Assembly (NCBI RefSeq): GCF_006345805.1
Contig: NC_043010.1
Location: forward strand, 67,022,001-67,086,000
Length of the DNA: 64,000 bases
Direction: 5' to 3'
Source: Octopus sinensis
Lineage: Eukaryota
This document shows positions 38,551 through 50,388 of this stretch, in pieces. The position numbers and the translations under genes are program-made. Below the pieces are notes generated by a model, which saw only the letters and a list, made by a program, of their open reading frames with translations, had not been told where the DNA came from and ran no database searches. Positions within the stretch are counted from its first letter, which is position 1. Each line of letters starts with the position of its first letter.

Positions 38551-38912
38551 CTCTTTTACTCTTTGACTTGTTTCAGTCATTTGACTGCGGCCATGCTGGA
38601 GCACCGCGTTTTAGTGGAACAAATCGACCCCCAGGACTTGTTCTTTGTAAGCCTAGTATTTATTCTATGGTTTTCTTTTGCCGGACCGCTAAGTTACGGA
38701 TACGTAAAACCACTAGCATCGGTTGTCAAGTGATGTTGGGGGGACAAACATATACACACACACACATACATATATACATATATAGGATAGGCTTCTTTCA
38801 GTTTCTGTTTGCCAAATCCACTCACACGGCTTTGGTCGGCCCGAGGCTATAGTAGAAGACACTTGCTGAAGGTGCCATGCAGTGGGATTGAACCCGGAAC
38901 ACAGCCACTCCT
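38551..38912 (-). mobile_element. SINE family B
   Basis: match, with a short deletion in the head. Confidence 0.9.
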
Positions 38913-39327
38913 ACACACACACACACACATGCACACATATGTATATGTATGTATATGTTTAAAATAAGAAGAAGCACACTCTAAGATATAGAGCAGTATA
39001 TATTAAAAATGGGGAAGGCCAGTTTATAAAAGGTTTAGCTTTATGGCATAATGTCAGATCCCAAAACCTGTTTAGTCATAAACTGGCCTTTCTTATTTTT
39101 AATAAATATATATATATATGTATATATATATATTAAATCGCTGAGTGAGGTATAAACAGTAGCCGCATGACATTGTGAAGTATATTTGCCACCTAAATGT
39201 GGCTAACCCTTAAGTATTGATGCTACTGTAGCTTGTAGCCCCAGGAAGACATCTCTTCCAGCTGGCTATTGACACACTATCTATCTATCTATCTATCTAT
39301 CCATCTATATATATATATATATATATA

Positions 39328-39690
39328 TTCTTTTACTTGTTTCAGTTATTTCACTGCAGCCATGCTAGAGCACCACCTTTAGTCAAATACATTGACCCCA
39401 GGACTTATTCTTTGTAAGCCTAGTACTTATTCTATCGGTCTCTTTTACCAAACTGCTAATTGATGGGGGCGTAAATACACCAACATCGGTTGTCAAGTGA
39501 CGGTGGGGAAACAAACACAAACAACAAACACATACATACATATATATACGACGGGCTTCTTTCGGTTTCCATCTACCAAATCCACTTACAAGGTTTTGGT
39601 TGGTCTGAGACTATAGTAGAAGACACTTGCCCAAGGTGTCAGGCAGCGGCACTGAACCCCAAACCATGTGGTAGGGCAGCAAGCTTCTTA
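39328..39690 (-). mobile_element. SINE family B
   Basis: match. Confidence 0.85.
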
Positions 39691-39752
39691 TCACACATTT
39701 TGAATGTGCAGACCAAGTTCCTATTCCATTATGCCAGCCCCGGTCTAATAAT

Positions 39753-39882
39753 GCACATCATAACAGCAGAACAGAGGCGGTGGCAGTAGATATTAAATAA
39801 AGAGAATAAAAAAAGGCAAACAAGCTTCACCTAAACACAATTTGCATCGTCAGTATTCTTTCTGAGAGACATGTTCTTATTA
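39753..39882 (+). repeat. 130-bp local duplication, copy 2
   Basis: see 38271-38400. Confidence 0.85.
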
Positions 39883-40116
39883 TTTGGGGTCTCATTGAGC
39901 TGTACTGATATGATGTAGGATAAATATAATAGTGATGATAATGATGATGATGATGACGACGACGATGACCATAGGTACTATGGATCACACTGTAATGATC
40001 CCAGAAATACAGACTGTGATCTTAAGGGATTTGTGGAAACATGCATAGCGATGTATTAAATGTTTATAAATTCCATCCAAGAATTATTGTTGTTATTGTT
40101 GTTATTATTATTATTA

Positions 40117-40490
40117 GGAGTGGCTGTGTGGTAGGAAGCTTGCTTCCCAACCACATGGTTCCAGGTTCAGTCCCACTGTGTGGTACCTAGGGCAAGTGTT
40201 TTCTACTATAGCCTTGGGCCGACCAAAGCCATGTGAGTGGATTTGGTAGACAGAAACTGAAAGAAGCCCATCATATATATGTGTGTGTGTGTATTTATGT
40301 CTGTGTTTGTCCCCTCGCCATCGCTTGACAACTGATTTTGGTATGTTTATGTCCCCGTAACTTAGTGGTTCAACAAAAGAGACCGATAGAATAAGTACTA
40401 GGCTTACAAAGAATAAGTCCTGGGGTCGATTTGTTCGACTGAAAGCAGTGCTCCAGCATGGCCACAAACAAATGACTGAAACAAATAAAG
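40117..40490 (+). mobile_element. SINE family B
   Basis: match. Confidence 0.9.
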
Positions 40491-41019
40491 AATATATATA
40501 TACAACAGTCTTCTTTCAGTTTCCATCAACCATATCCACTCTCAAGGCCTTGACCACCACCACTGCTTGACAGCCATTGTTAGTTCATTTACATCCTGTG
40601 ACTTAGTGGTTCAGCAAAAACAATTCAGTACTGGGATCAATTCATTCAACTAATGACTAAGGTGGTGCCCCAGCATGGCCGCAGTCTAACGAATGAAACA
40701 AATAAAAGAATCAGAGAATTAGGCTTGTTAAATGTGAAGTCCTGCAAGGCACAGTTTGACCATAACTGGTCTCTATCATACACAAAGCCTCAAAAAAAAA
40801 AGAAAAAGAAACCAAACAAGATGGGATGGTCATGTTTGGAATGCCTTTTATAATAAGCTTTTTCAGTCAGAGCTGACCTAAATCTAAGCAGCAGTAGCAC
40901 CATCAGCATCATCCTCACCAACACCATTGTCAATAAAATCTTATCTAGGAATTTTATACCCAAACGAATGAGATATTTGCCAATATCATACGGCATAAAT
41001 ATACAATACAGTAATATAC

Positions 41020-41410
41020 TGTCTGGTGGTGGTGGCGATGGTAATGGTGGCGGTGGTGGTGGTGGCAGTGATGGCGATGGTAATGGTGGTGGCAGTGGTG
41101 GCGATGGTAATGGTTGTAATGGTGGTGGTGGTGGTGGTGGTAGCAGTGCTGGTTATGGTAGTGGTGGTGGCGGCGGTCGTGGTAATGATGGTGGTGGTAG
41201 TGGCAGCAGCAGTGGTGGTTGTGGCGGCAGCAGCAGTGGTGGTTGTGGTGGCAGCAGTGGTGGTGGTGGTGGTGGTGGCGATGGTAATGGTTGTAATGGT
41301 GTTGGTAGTGGAGGTGGTGGTGGCAGCAGCAGTGGTGATGGTGGGGATAGTAATGGTGATGATGGTAGTGGCAGTGGAGGTGGTAGTAGTGGTGTTGTTT
41401 ATTGTGGTAG
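41020..41410. repeat. (GGT/GGC/AGT) trinucleotide low-complexity tract
   Basis: direct inspection. Confidence 0.9.
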
Positions 41411-41787
41411 TCTTGTTGATGTTCTTTAACCCTAGTTCAGTACTGATCAAGCAGACCTCTGATAAAAAAAAAAATCATGGCCTTTCCTGTGATAAATATC
41501 CTGTTCCTTTCCATTTTTAAAAAAAAATTTTCCGGCATAGCATTTCTAGGACTACATTATCGAATGTGTTATTTTTTTTTAGGTCAATAATGTGCAATCT
41601 GAGGAAGATTTAACTGCTATTTCTAGTAGATGCTGTGCTCACATATAGATTCATTCCTTCTAGAGAGTTACTGGTCATTATTGATGCTTAGCCCTGGGTC
41701 CAGTTGATTGACCAGTTGGGCTTGCTGGTCATTGAATTAGCATGTAAACAGGCTGAGTATTCCAGACACATGTATCCTTAATTTATA

Positions 41788-42090
41788 TGCTTTTACTCTT
41801 TTATTTGTTTCAGTCATTTGACTGTGGCCATGCTGGAGCACCACCTTTAGTCGAGCAAATTGAACCCAGGACTTATTCTTTGTAAGCCTAGTACTTATTC
41901 CATTGGTTTCTTTTGCCGAACTGCTAAGTTACAGGGACGTAAACACACCAGCATCAGTTGTCAAGCGATGTTGGGAAGACAAACACAGATGCACAAGCAT
42001 ATACACACACACATATATACACAACAGGCTTCTTTCAATTTCCATCTACCAAATCCACTCACAAGGCTTTGGTCAGCCCAAGGCTATAGT
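41788..42090 (-). mobile_element. SINE family B truncated by MITE dimer
   Basis: match ends abruptly at gctatagt|gataccaacc. Confidence 0.8.
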
Positions 42091-42559
42091 GATACCAACC
42101 TGGCTGAAACCGGCTCTGGCTCTCAGTACAAATGTCTTGTTTTCATAAGTTTTGAATTAAAATCTTCACTAGACCTTAGTCACAATTTATGTTCCTAACA
42201 CTAGCTGAATGATAACCAAGTTATTTTACTAAATTCTTTGTTATATTTAAAATTAATTAAAAGAAACACAGAGCATCTCAAAATAAATACCGTAATGAAA
42301 GGGTTAAAATATATAATAGAGAAACAATTCTTAACTCTTTTGATACCAACCTGGCTGAAACCGGCTCTGGCTCTCAGTACAAATGTCTTGTTTTCATAAG
42401 TTTTGAATTAAAATCTTTCACCAGACCTTAGTCGCAATTTATGTTCCTAACACTAGCTGAATGATAACTAAGTTATTTTACTAAATTCTTTGTTATATTT
42501 AAAATTAATTGAGAGAAACACAGAGCATCTCAAAATATATACAGTAATGAATGGGTTAA
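42091..42559 (-). mobile_element. Second tandem dimer of the piggyBac-type MITE
   Basis: units 42091-42307 and 42331-42559; spacer aatatataatagagaaacaattc. Confidence 0.85.
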
Positions 42560-43106
42560 TCACATAGTAGGATTCTGGGATGTTGTAGTATCCCTTTGGG
42601 GTATTATAGATATTTTTGGATGTTATGTTTGAAATCCAGGATGTTGTATTAGTGTTGTAGGGTGTTGTAACAATGCCAAGATGGTCTTATAGTAATATTC
42701 TGTGGTAGTATTGCAGTACTGTTTTGGGGTGTTGTAGATGTGTATTCTAGGGTGTTGTAGAAGTCCTCTGGAGGGTATTGTAGCAGTGTTCATATGATAG
42801 TATTGAAGTAATGCTCTGGGGTGTTGAAGATGTCTGGATGCTTGGATTGTGATTTTACATGTTGAGACAGGGACTGCACACAAGTCACAGAATTCTTAGA
42901 ATGATATTGTTGATGTTGTTGTTTAGCTCTGAATAAACTCAGATCAAACAGAGCCAAGATCAAATAGAGCCAAAGTTATTGCCACCCATGGTGTAATAGC
43001 CACATCTTGTTTTCATCAACTGTGTACCTCAGACCACATTATACAATATGTCCTATTTTACTCTGGTAGTCATGTCGTTTGAGGGAAATTTGACAGCTAT
43101 TTCTAG

Positions 43107-43265
43107 GCACAGGAGTGGCTGTGTGGTAAGTAGCTAGCTTACCAACCACATGGTTCCAGGTTCAGTCCCACTGTGTGGTACTTTGGGCAAGTGTCTTCTA
43201 CTATAGTCTTGAGCCAACCAAAGCCTTGTGAGTGGATTTGGTAGATGGAAACTGAAAGAAGCCCG

Positions 43266-43308
<43 letters not shown>

Positions 43309-43525
43309 TGTGTGTCTGTGTTTGTGTTCCCCCTCCCCCCAAACACTCGACAACCAGTGCTGGTGTGTTTATGTCCCCGTAACTTAGCGGTTCAGCAAAA
43401 AGAGACCGATAGAATAAGTACTAGGCTTACAAAGAATAAATCCTTGGGTCGATTTCCTCGTCTAAAGGCGGTGCTCCAGCATGGCTGGAGTCAAATGACT
43501 GAATCAAGTAAAAGAGTAAAGAGTA
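43107..43525 (+). mobile_element. SINE family B
   Basis: match. Confidence 0.9.
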
Positions 43526-43769
43526 TTTTGTAATGCTCGGGTACTCATTGTATAGTTGTCTAGGGACATTTTTGAGGGAGTGAGTGACTGTACATGGTTG
43601 ATGGTGATTGAATATGATTGGTGGTGATTGGATATGACTGAGGGTGAGAACTGAGAAGATCAGAGATTTCTCTCGCAACGGCCTGTGTCCTTTGGATGGA
43701 GAGCTGGTCATCATTTTAAGTAATTTTTTTTTGTGTAGGTGATCTGTCTGACAGTGTGATCGATGTTGT

Positions 43770-45760
43770 TGCATGTGGTGGTGGTGGTGGTGGTGGTGGT
43801 GGTGGTAGTGATGGCGGCAGTGATGGTAATGGTGGTGGTGGTGGTGGCCATACTTGTGATGCATGAGATGGTGGTAGTTGTGTATGTAATGATGTATATG
43901 GTGGTGGTAGTGCTTGTGGTGGCGGCGGTGGTAGTGGAGGTTGAGGCCATCGTGGTGGTTGTGGTTGTGGTGAAGGTGGTGGTAGTTGTCACTGCCGTCA
44001 TCATTACTGTTGTAGCAGTGATAGTGATAGTAGTGGTGGTGATAGTCGTCATTGCTGTTATAATTGTTACTGTTGTGGTTGTGGTGGTGGTAGTGGTGTT
44101 GGTGCTAGTGCTATTGTTGAATGTGATAGTGATGATGATGACAGTGGTGGTACTGATGATGGTGGTGATAGTGGTGGTAATGGTGGCAGTGGCACTGCCG
44201 TTACGTGTCGGTGGCAGTGGTGTTACTGTTAGTGTATGTGACAGTAGTGGTGGTGGTAGCGGTAGTGATGCTGTTATGTGATGGTAGTAGTTGTGGTGAT
44301 GGTAGTGCTATTGTTGAATGTGATAGTGATGATGGTGGCAGTGGTGGTGGTGGTGGTAGTGGTGGTAGTGATGGCGGCAGTGGTGGTGGTGGTGGTGGTG
44401 GTGGTGGTGGTGGTAGCATTGCTTTTACGTGTCGGTGGCAGTGGTATTACTGTTACTGTTAGTGTATGACAGTAGTGGTGGTGGTAGTGGTAGTGATGCT
44501 ATTATGTGATGGTGGTGGTGCTGTACTTGAATGTGGTGATGGTGGTAGTGGTGCTGATGTTGTTGTTGTTACTGTTGTTGTTGATGGTGGTGGTGGTGGT
44601 GGTATATGTAATGGTGATGGTTTAATTTTTGTTGTTGTTGTAGTTGTTGCTGGGGGTTGTCGGCCTCTGCTGTGGTGGTCGTGGTGATTTGGAAGGCATT
44701 GCTGTAGGAGTTACTGTTAATGTCGCTGTTGTTTTAGCTGCAGGTTGGTCCTGATTGCGCACCAGACTTATGACCCAGGGCACTCCAACTGTGACCAACC
44801 CCATTTAATTTGTATACTTAGAACTACATTCACAAAACGTGCCGTTCCTTGTTCAAGACAATAGGGTGTGATTTGAGGGTATCTGGCTGTCATTTCTAAG
44901 AGACCGAGAGACCATGTAGAGACTCTGGGAGAGAGCACCACCATCACCACCAACACCACCATCCTGGTGGTGGTGGCGGTGGTGGTGGTGGTGGTGGCGG
45001 TGGTAGTGGTGGTGGTGGTGGTAGTGGTGGTGGTGGTGGTGGTGGGTGGTGGTGGTGGTGGTGGTGGCGGTGGTAGTGGTGGTGGTAGTGGTGGTGGTGG
45101 TGGTGGTGGTGGTGGTGGTGGTGGTGGTGGTGGTGGTGGTGGCGGTGGTGGTGGTGGTGGTGGTGGTGGTGGTGGTGGTGGTGGTGGTGGCGGTGGTGGT
45201 GGTGGTGGCGGTGGTAGTGGTGGTGGTGGCGGTGGTAGTGGTGGTGGTGGTGGTGGTGGTGGTGGGTAGAGGTTGATAAAGATGGTAGTGGTATGAGGAG
45301 GTGGAAGAGGAGTGGTGGGGAGAGGGGGGAGAGACTAAGACATCTATTGTTGTGTAATACTATTACGCAGCATTTCACAGCGGTGTTGTATTGACTGAGG
45401 AGGTAGTGCATATGTGCCTGATGAGGAAGGAAGGGAGGGCGGTGGTAGTAGTAGTGGGAGTAGAAGGCGAAGGAGGAGGAAGAGAAGAAGAACAATAACA
45501 ATAACTAGGAATGAAGAAGGAGGAATGAGGATGAAGAAGAACAAGAAGTGAAGGAGTAATGATGATGATGATGATGACGATGATGATGACGATGATGATG
45601 ATGATGATGACGATGATGATGACAATGGTGATAACTGGTGATGGCGATGATGATGATGATGATGATGATGTTGTTGATGATGATGATGACGATGATGATG
45701 ACGATGATGACGATGATGATGATGATGGTGATGATGATGATGATGAAGAACAGCAACAAC
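43770..45760. repeat. (GGT)n/(GAT)n fields with ~200-bp internal tandem duplications
   Basis: gtgctattgttgaatgtgatagtgatgatg at about 44108 and 44305; ttacgtgtcggtggcagtggt occurs twice. Confidence 0.9.
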
Positions 45761-46130
45761 AAGGCTAGAAGGAAATATGCAACAGACAGACAGACAGACA
45801 GACAGGAAGAAGGAAGATAGACAGACGGACGGACGGACTGCCAAGGTGCTCGGATATGTGGTGAGGAAAAGATAGAAGAAAGAGGGGGGAGTGTTTTGTT
45901 TGAGAGAAAGAGATGGATAGAAAGTGTGTGTGAAAAAGATAGAGAGCGGGAGAGAGAGAGAAAGGGAGAGGAAAGAAGAGAGAGAGAGAGAGAAAGAAAG
46001 AGACTGGAAGAGAGCGAAAGAGAATGTGTGTCAGAGTGTGTATGTGTGGGAAAACCTGAGATAAAACAGACAGCAGTGTGTGTATATGTGTGTATCTATG
46101 TATATGTATGTATATATATATATATATGTG

Positions 46131-46167
<37 letters not shown>

Positions 46168-47024
46168 GACACTGATACCAAACTGTAGCTTTCCTAAGGT
46201 AGCGGTCATTCCCTTGGGTGTTACCCGCAGCATGGATAGGGAACACTTGCTCATAGGGACAACGGTCAGCCCTTCTTAAACAAAAATGTTGCGCAGGCCT
46301 GTCTACAGGGGCAGACACAGCATCAGGTATTGAATACTGGAGGCTTTGATTGTTATGTTTTAAATTTCATTTTTTATTTGCCTCAGGCATTGAACTGCTG
46401 CGACCATGCTGGGGCACTGCCTTGAAGGGTTTTAAGCTAGCGAATTGACCCCCACAAGACTTATTTTCTTTTTAAGCTGGCTACTCTTTCTCTCAGTCTT
46501 ATTTTGCTGAACTGCTAAGTTACAGGATGTAAACAAACTAACACTGGTTATCAGGGACAAACACAAACAAAAAGACATGCATACACACAAACACACACAC
46601 ATACAAACATGTACACACACACAGAAAAACATACATACACACACACATATGTGCAAACACACACAAGCACACATATAGAGTTTCAGTCTCCCAAATCCAC
46701 CCCCAAGGCTCTGGTCAGCCCAGGGCTATAGTACATGCATGGGTCAGATGGATTTTGTTGAGGGAGGTTTTTCTACAGTAAAATGTCCTTCCTGTTGCCA
46801 ACTTTCACCTTTTTCCAGGCAAGGAAATATTTCTTCATGGCCAGACATATTCCACAGAAGACTGGAAAAGAGCAACATTGATCGTATGATAGCGGTGATT
46901 GTTTAGAACCATCACATGATGACAAGACAAGAGTACACACATATATGTATGTGTATATAAATATATATATGTGTATATATACACACAACAACTATATAAT
47001 AATATAACATAATATATATGTGTG

Positions 47025-47073
<49 letters not shown>

Positions 47074-47074
<1 letters not shown>

Positions 47075-47273
47075 ATCTATACAATATGTTACATTACTCG
47101 GTAGTCAAGATAAAACTCTGAGTTTCAGATGCCGAAGTGGAAATCCACAACACCATCTCTTCGGTTATCTATAGCCAGATAACCGAAGAGATGGTGTTGT
47201 GGATTTCCACTTCGGCATCTGAAACTCAGAGTTTTATCTTGACTACCGAGTAATGTAACATATTGTATAGATA
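47074..47273. mobile_element. Perfect 97-bp-arm palindrome (6-nt loop), Penelope-type fold-back
   Basis: arms 47074-47170 and 47177-47273 are exact reverse complements; right arm has a ~60-nt extension; embedded in (TA)n. Confidence 0.85.
47177..47239 (+). ncRNA. Variant type I hammerhead-like motif (mirrored on minus in the left arm)
   Basis: stem I agataa/ttatct, core CCGAAGA, stem II gatg...catc(t), GAAAC, stem III actc-a-gagt, GUU site. Confidence 0.5.
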
Positions 47274-47335
47274 AATTTCCTCTATTTACATAATATTGAG
47301 GTCTCTTTCTTTCTTTTGTTATCTTACCGTTTTAT

Positions 47336-47376
<41 letters not shown>

Positions 47377-47377
47377 T

Positions 47378-47529
47378 AAAATACAAAAACGGGACAAGAA
47401 CGCAAAACATCCACACAGTTAAGTGAAACAAAAAAAGGGGAAAACAAAATATCAAAACAAAGTTTCCCCTTTTTTTGTTTCACTTAACTGTCTGGATGTT
47501 TTGCGTTCTTGTCCCATTTTTGTATTTTT
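47378..47529. repeat. Fold-back element with ~67-bp arms
   Basis: aaaatacaaaaacgggacaagaacgcaaaacatcc...ggggaaaac versus gtttcccc...cttgtcccatttttgtatttt. Confidence 0.85.
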
Positions 47530-47780
47530 TTATATATAAAATTTATATATAAATTGGTCTCTCATATATACACAGACACACACACACACATAGCATCAAC
47601 TATGTAATAATATATATATATATACTCCAGTTTAAAGCAATACTTTTTATCTAAGCAATTGACTGAAAAAATGATGAGCTGACTCCAATTGGAATCAAAC
47701 CCACAAATCAATGCTTACACGGCTCCCTGTGCATTCGATATACATATATATAGATGTATATAAATAAATATATATATATA

Positions 47781-48033
47781 TATAAGTATATGAAAGAATG
47801 GAGTTGAACGACTAGTTAACAAATATCCTTTATTCTTGACATATGTTTCGAAGGCTGCATATTCCTAATTCCGAAGGAATAAGGAGTACATTATGCAGAT
47901 TTCTCATCAGGAAATCTGCATAATGTACTCCTTATTCCTTCGGAATTAGAAATAAGCAGCCTTCGAAACATATGTCGAGAATAAAGGATATTTGTTAACT
48001 AGTCGTTCAACTCCATTCTTTCATATACTTATA
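47781..48033. mobile_element. Fold-back with 123-bp arms; the loop is TCATCAG
   Basis: three mismatches between arms; right arm extends into unique sequence to about 48180. Confidence 0.85.
47834..47914 (-). ncRNA. Type I hammerhead ribozyme
   Basis: minus: tttc-CTGATGA-[gaa..ctgcata..tcct..attcc ttc ggaat..agga..tatgcag..ttc]-GAAAC-ATAT-GTC-aaga; palindromic stem III, GUC site; stem I weak. Confidence 0.7.
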
Positions 48034-48183
48034 ATTTTAAAATAAACATACAAATTTCCGCACGAAGACACGTAGTCTATGCCCTAGGGACGTAGCTTCA
48101 ACTGTGTTCTTTCTGATGTGAATTTGCTACCCAGGTATCGGTTATCTTTCGAATTATCCTTAATAAGATAATTCATTCAATTA

Positions 48184-48231
<48 letters not shown>

Positions 48232-48989
48232 ATATATATTAAATGCTCGAAATACGAGAGTAGAAAAACAGCCAACAACTGATGAAGGGGCGTTCTTTGT
48301 GTTGTTTGTTTTGTTTTCCATTTCTGTCTTTCATTGTTCGAAAGAATAGTTCATGTTCTATGTACGCGTGCTTCGTACTTTTTTGTTGTACTTCATTGCA
48401 TGTTGCTTTGATTTGCTCAGCTGGCAAAAATGAGTTATCCTGCGACAGACTGGCATCCCACCAAGGTGGGGAACATATACGCCATAGAAAATGGCCCTTA
48501 TGAGTCTGTATGACTCAAGAAGGTAACTTTTCCCTTGCCTGACGAAGATTGCTAAAAACCATCCCATAGTGAAAAACAAAGACCCAACAAAATGCTGGAT
48601 GAACCCAGCAGCTTAGAATAATGCACAGGTGGTGTTAGAAATATTTGAGATGGAGTAATCAACGTGTGTGGAGGTGCGTGGCTTAGTGGTTAGGGTGTTG
48701 GACTCATGATTGTAAGATTGAGGTTTCAATTCCTGGACCAAGCGATGCATGGTGTTCTTGAGCAAAACATTTCTTTTTACATTGCATCCGTTCACTCAGC
48801 TAGCAAAAGTGAGTAATCTTGAAAGGACCAGCGTCCCATCCAAGTGGAAAATTTATACATCATGGAAACCAGGAGACTGGCCCTTACGAGTCAGCATGAC
48901 TCAAGTAGGAATTTTACTTTTTATTTTACTTACCTAATAACTGTTGTTACTATTTACATTATTTACATTTGTTCTCATCTTTTTTGGTG

Positions 48990-49035
48990 TTAACAATGTT
49001 TCAGCTGATATATCCTCCAGCCTTCATCAGGTGTC
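48990..49035 (-). ncRNA. Degenerate hammerhead motif
   Basis: gacac-CTGATGA-aggctgg...cagct-GAAAC-attgtt. Confidence 0.45.
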
Positions 49036-49103
49036 TTGGGGAAATTTTGAACCTGGGTTCTCATTCCTAAGGTATTTTTCGATATTATTATTATTATGCC
49101 CGT

Positions 49104-49178
49104 GGGCATATGGCGTAGTAGTTAAGAGCGCAGGCTAGTAACCCCAAGATTTTGAGTTCGATTCCAGGCAGTGACCTG
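49104..49178 (+). ncRNA. tRNA-derived Pol III head (pseudo-tRNA)
   Basis: A box tggcgtagtagt (49111-49122), B box gagttcgattcc (49154-49165); cloverleaf imperfect. Confidence 0.65.
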
Positions 49179-49262
49179 AATAATAATAATAATAATAATG
49201 ATTTTAACAACAACATCGAAAACTACCTTAGGAATGAGAACCCAGGTTCGAAATTTCCCCAA

Positions 49263-49305
49263 GACACCTGATGAAGGCTGGAGGGTATATCAGCCGAAAC
49301 GTGTT
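49263..49305 (+). ncRNA. Degenerate hammerhead motif
   Basis: gacac-CTGATGA-a-ggctg-loop-cagcc-GAAAC-gtgtt; stem I strands present but no NUH triplet between them. Confidence 0.5.
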
Positions 49306-49318
49306 AATAATAAACAAG

Positions 49319-49720
49319 AGGCACAGGAGTGGCTGTGTGGTAAGTAGCTTGTTTACCAACCACATGGTTCCGGGTTCGGGCCCACTGCATGGCACCTTGG
49401 GCAAGTGTCTTCTACTATAGCCTCGGGCCGACCAAAGCCTTGTGAGTGGATTTGGTAGATGGAAACTGAAAGAAGCCCGTCGTATATATGTATATATATG
49501 TATCTGCGTGTATGTTTGTGTGTCTGTGTTTGTCCCCCTAGCATTGCTTGACAACCGATGCTGGTGTGTTTATGTCCCCGTAACTTAGCGGTTCGGCAAA
49601 AGAGACCAATAGAATAAGTATTGGGCTTACAAAGAATAAGTCCCGGGGGTCCAGTTGCTCGATTAAAGGCGGTGCTCCAGCATGGCCTCAGTCAAAATGA
49701 CTGAAACAAGTAAAAAGAAA
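49319..49720 (+). mobile_element. SINE family B
   Basis: match. Confidence 0.9.
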
Positions 49721-50001
49721 AAAAAAAAGAGAGAATGAGGACAAATATCTGTCAAATGTAAATAGTGTACATAATTCCTCATCTCTTAAATATAGAACTG
49801 TGTTGTTATTGTTTTTTAGCTCTGAGGTCAGCATTCTGGGGTTAGACAACAACATGAACTATGAGCAAAGATGTTCCAGTCATGACCACCACCACATCTG
49901 TTCCATACATCCCAGTTCCCCAATAGCCCAATGTACCCTTCAATTTGATTCATAAGACCACAGGGTACTGTTTGAGGGAATATTTTGACTGACTGCTATT
50001 T

Positions 50002-50388
50002 ATTTCTTTACTGCCCACAAGGGGTTACATACAGAGGGGACAAACAAGGACCAACAGATTAAGTCGATTATATCGACCCCAGTACGTAACTGGTACTTGT
50101 TTAATCGAGCTTGAAAAGATGAAAGGTAAAGTTGACCTCGGCGGAATTTGAACTCAGAACATAGCGGCAGACGAAATACCTATTTCTTTACTACCCACAA
50201 GGGGCTACACACAGATAGGACAAACAAGGACTGACAAACGGATTAAGTCGATTACATCGACCCCAGTGTGTAACTGGTACTTAATTTTATTGACCCTGAA
50301 AGGATGAAAGGCAAAGTTGACCTTGGCGGAATTTGAACTCACAACATAACAACAGACGAAATACGGCTACGCATTTCGCCCAGCTAAC
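50002..50388 (-). mobile_element. SINE family D dimer with a 16-bp TSD
   Basis: tgactgactgctattt at 49986-50001 and 50389-50404. Confidence 0.85.

Larger units (their letters stand above)
48950..49800. mobile_element. Inverted pair of hammerhead-bearing Penelope-type modules with a central tRNA-like head; right module split by a SINE
   Basis: 48950-49098 is the reverse complement of about 49200-49318 plus 49735-49770; both carry CTGATGA...GAAAC. Confidence 0.75.

Noticed and set aside
39000-39105. 27-bp-arm imperfect inverted repeat
   Set aside because: Real but degenerate; no ribozyme core, adds little beyond the other fold-backs
40968-41429. Gly/Ser/Cys-rich loricrin-like ORF
   Set aside because: Arises from GGT/GGC/AGT repeats; all frames and strands give similar low-complexity ORFs; no signal peptide
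43725-43870. Strong acceptor (tttttttgtgtag) followed by a Gly-rich frame
   Set aside because: Runs into simple repeats and a stop; no donor or homology
48270-48345. ctgatgaagggg...cgaaag as a hammerhead
   Set aside because: No closing stem II and no GAAAC/NUH geometry
49104-49178. Functional tRNA gene (also 59680-59750)
   Set aside because: Acceptor and anticodon stems are imperfect; best treated as SINE-type heads
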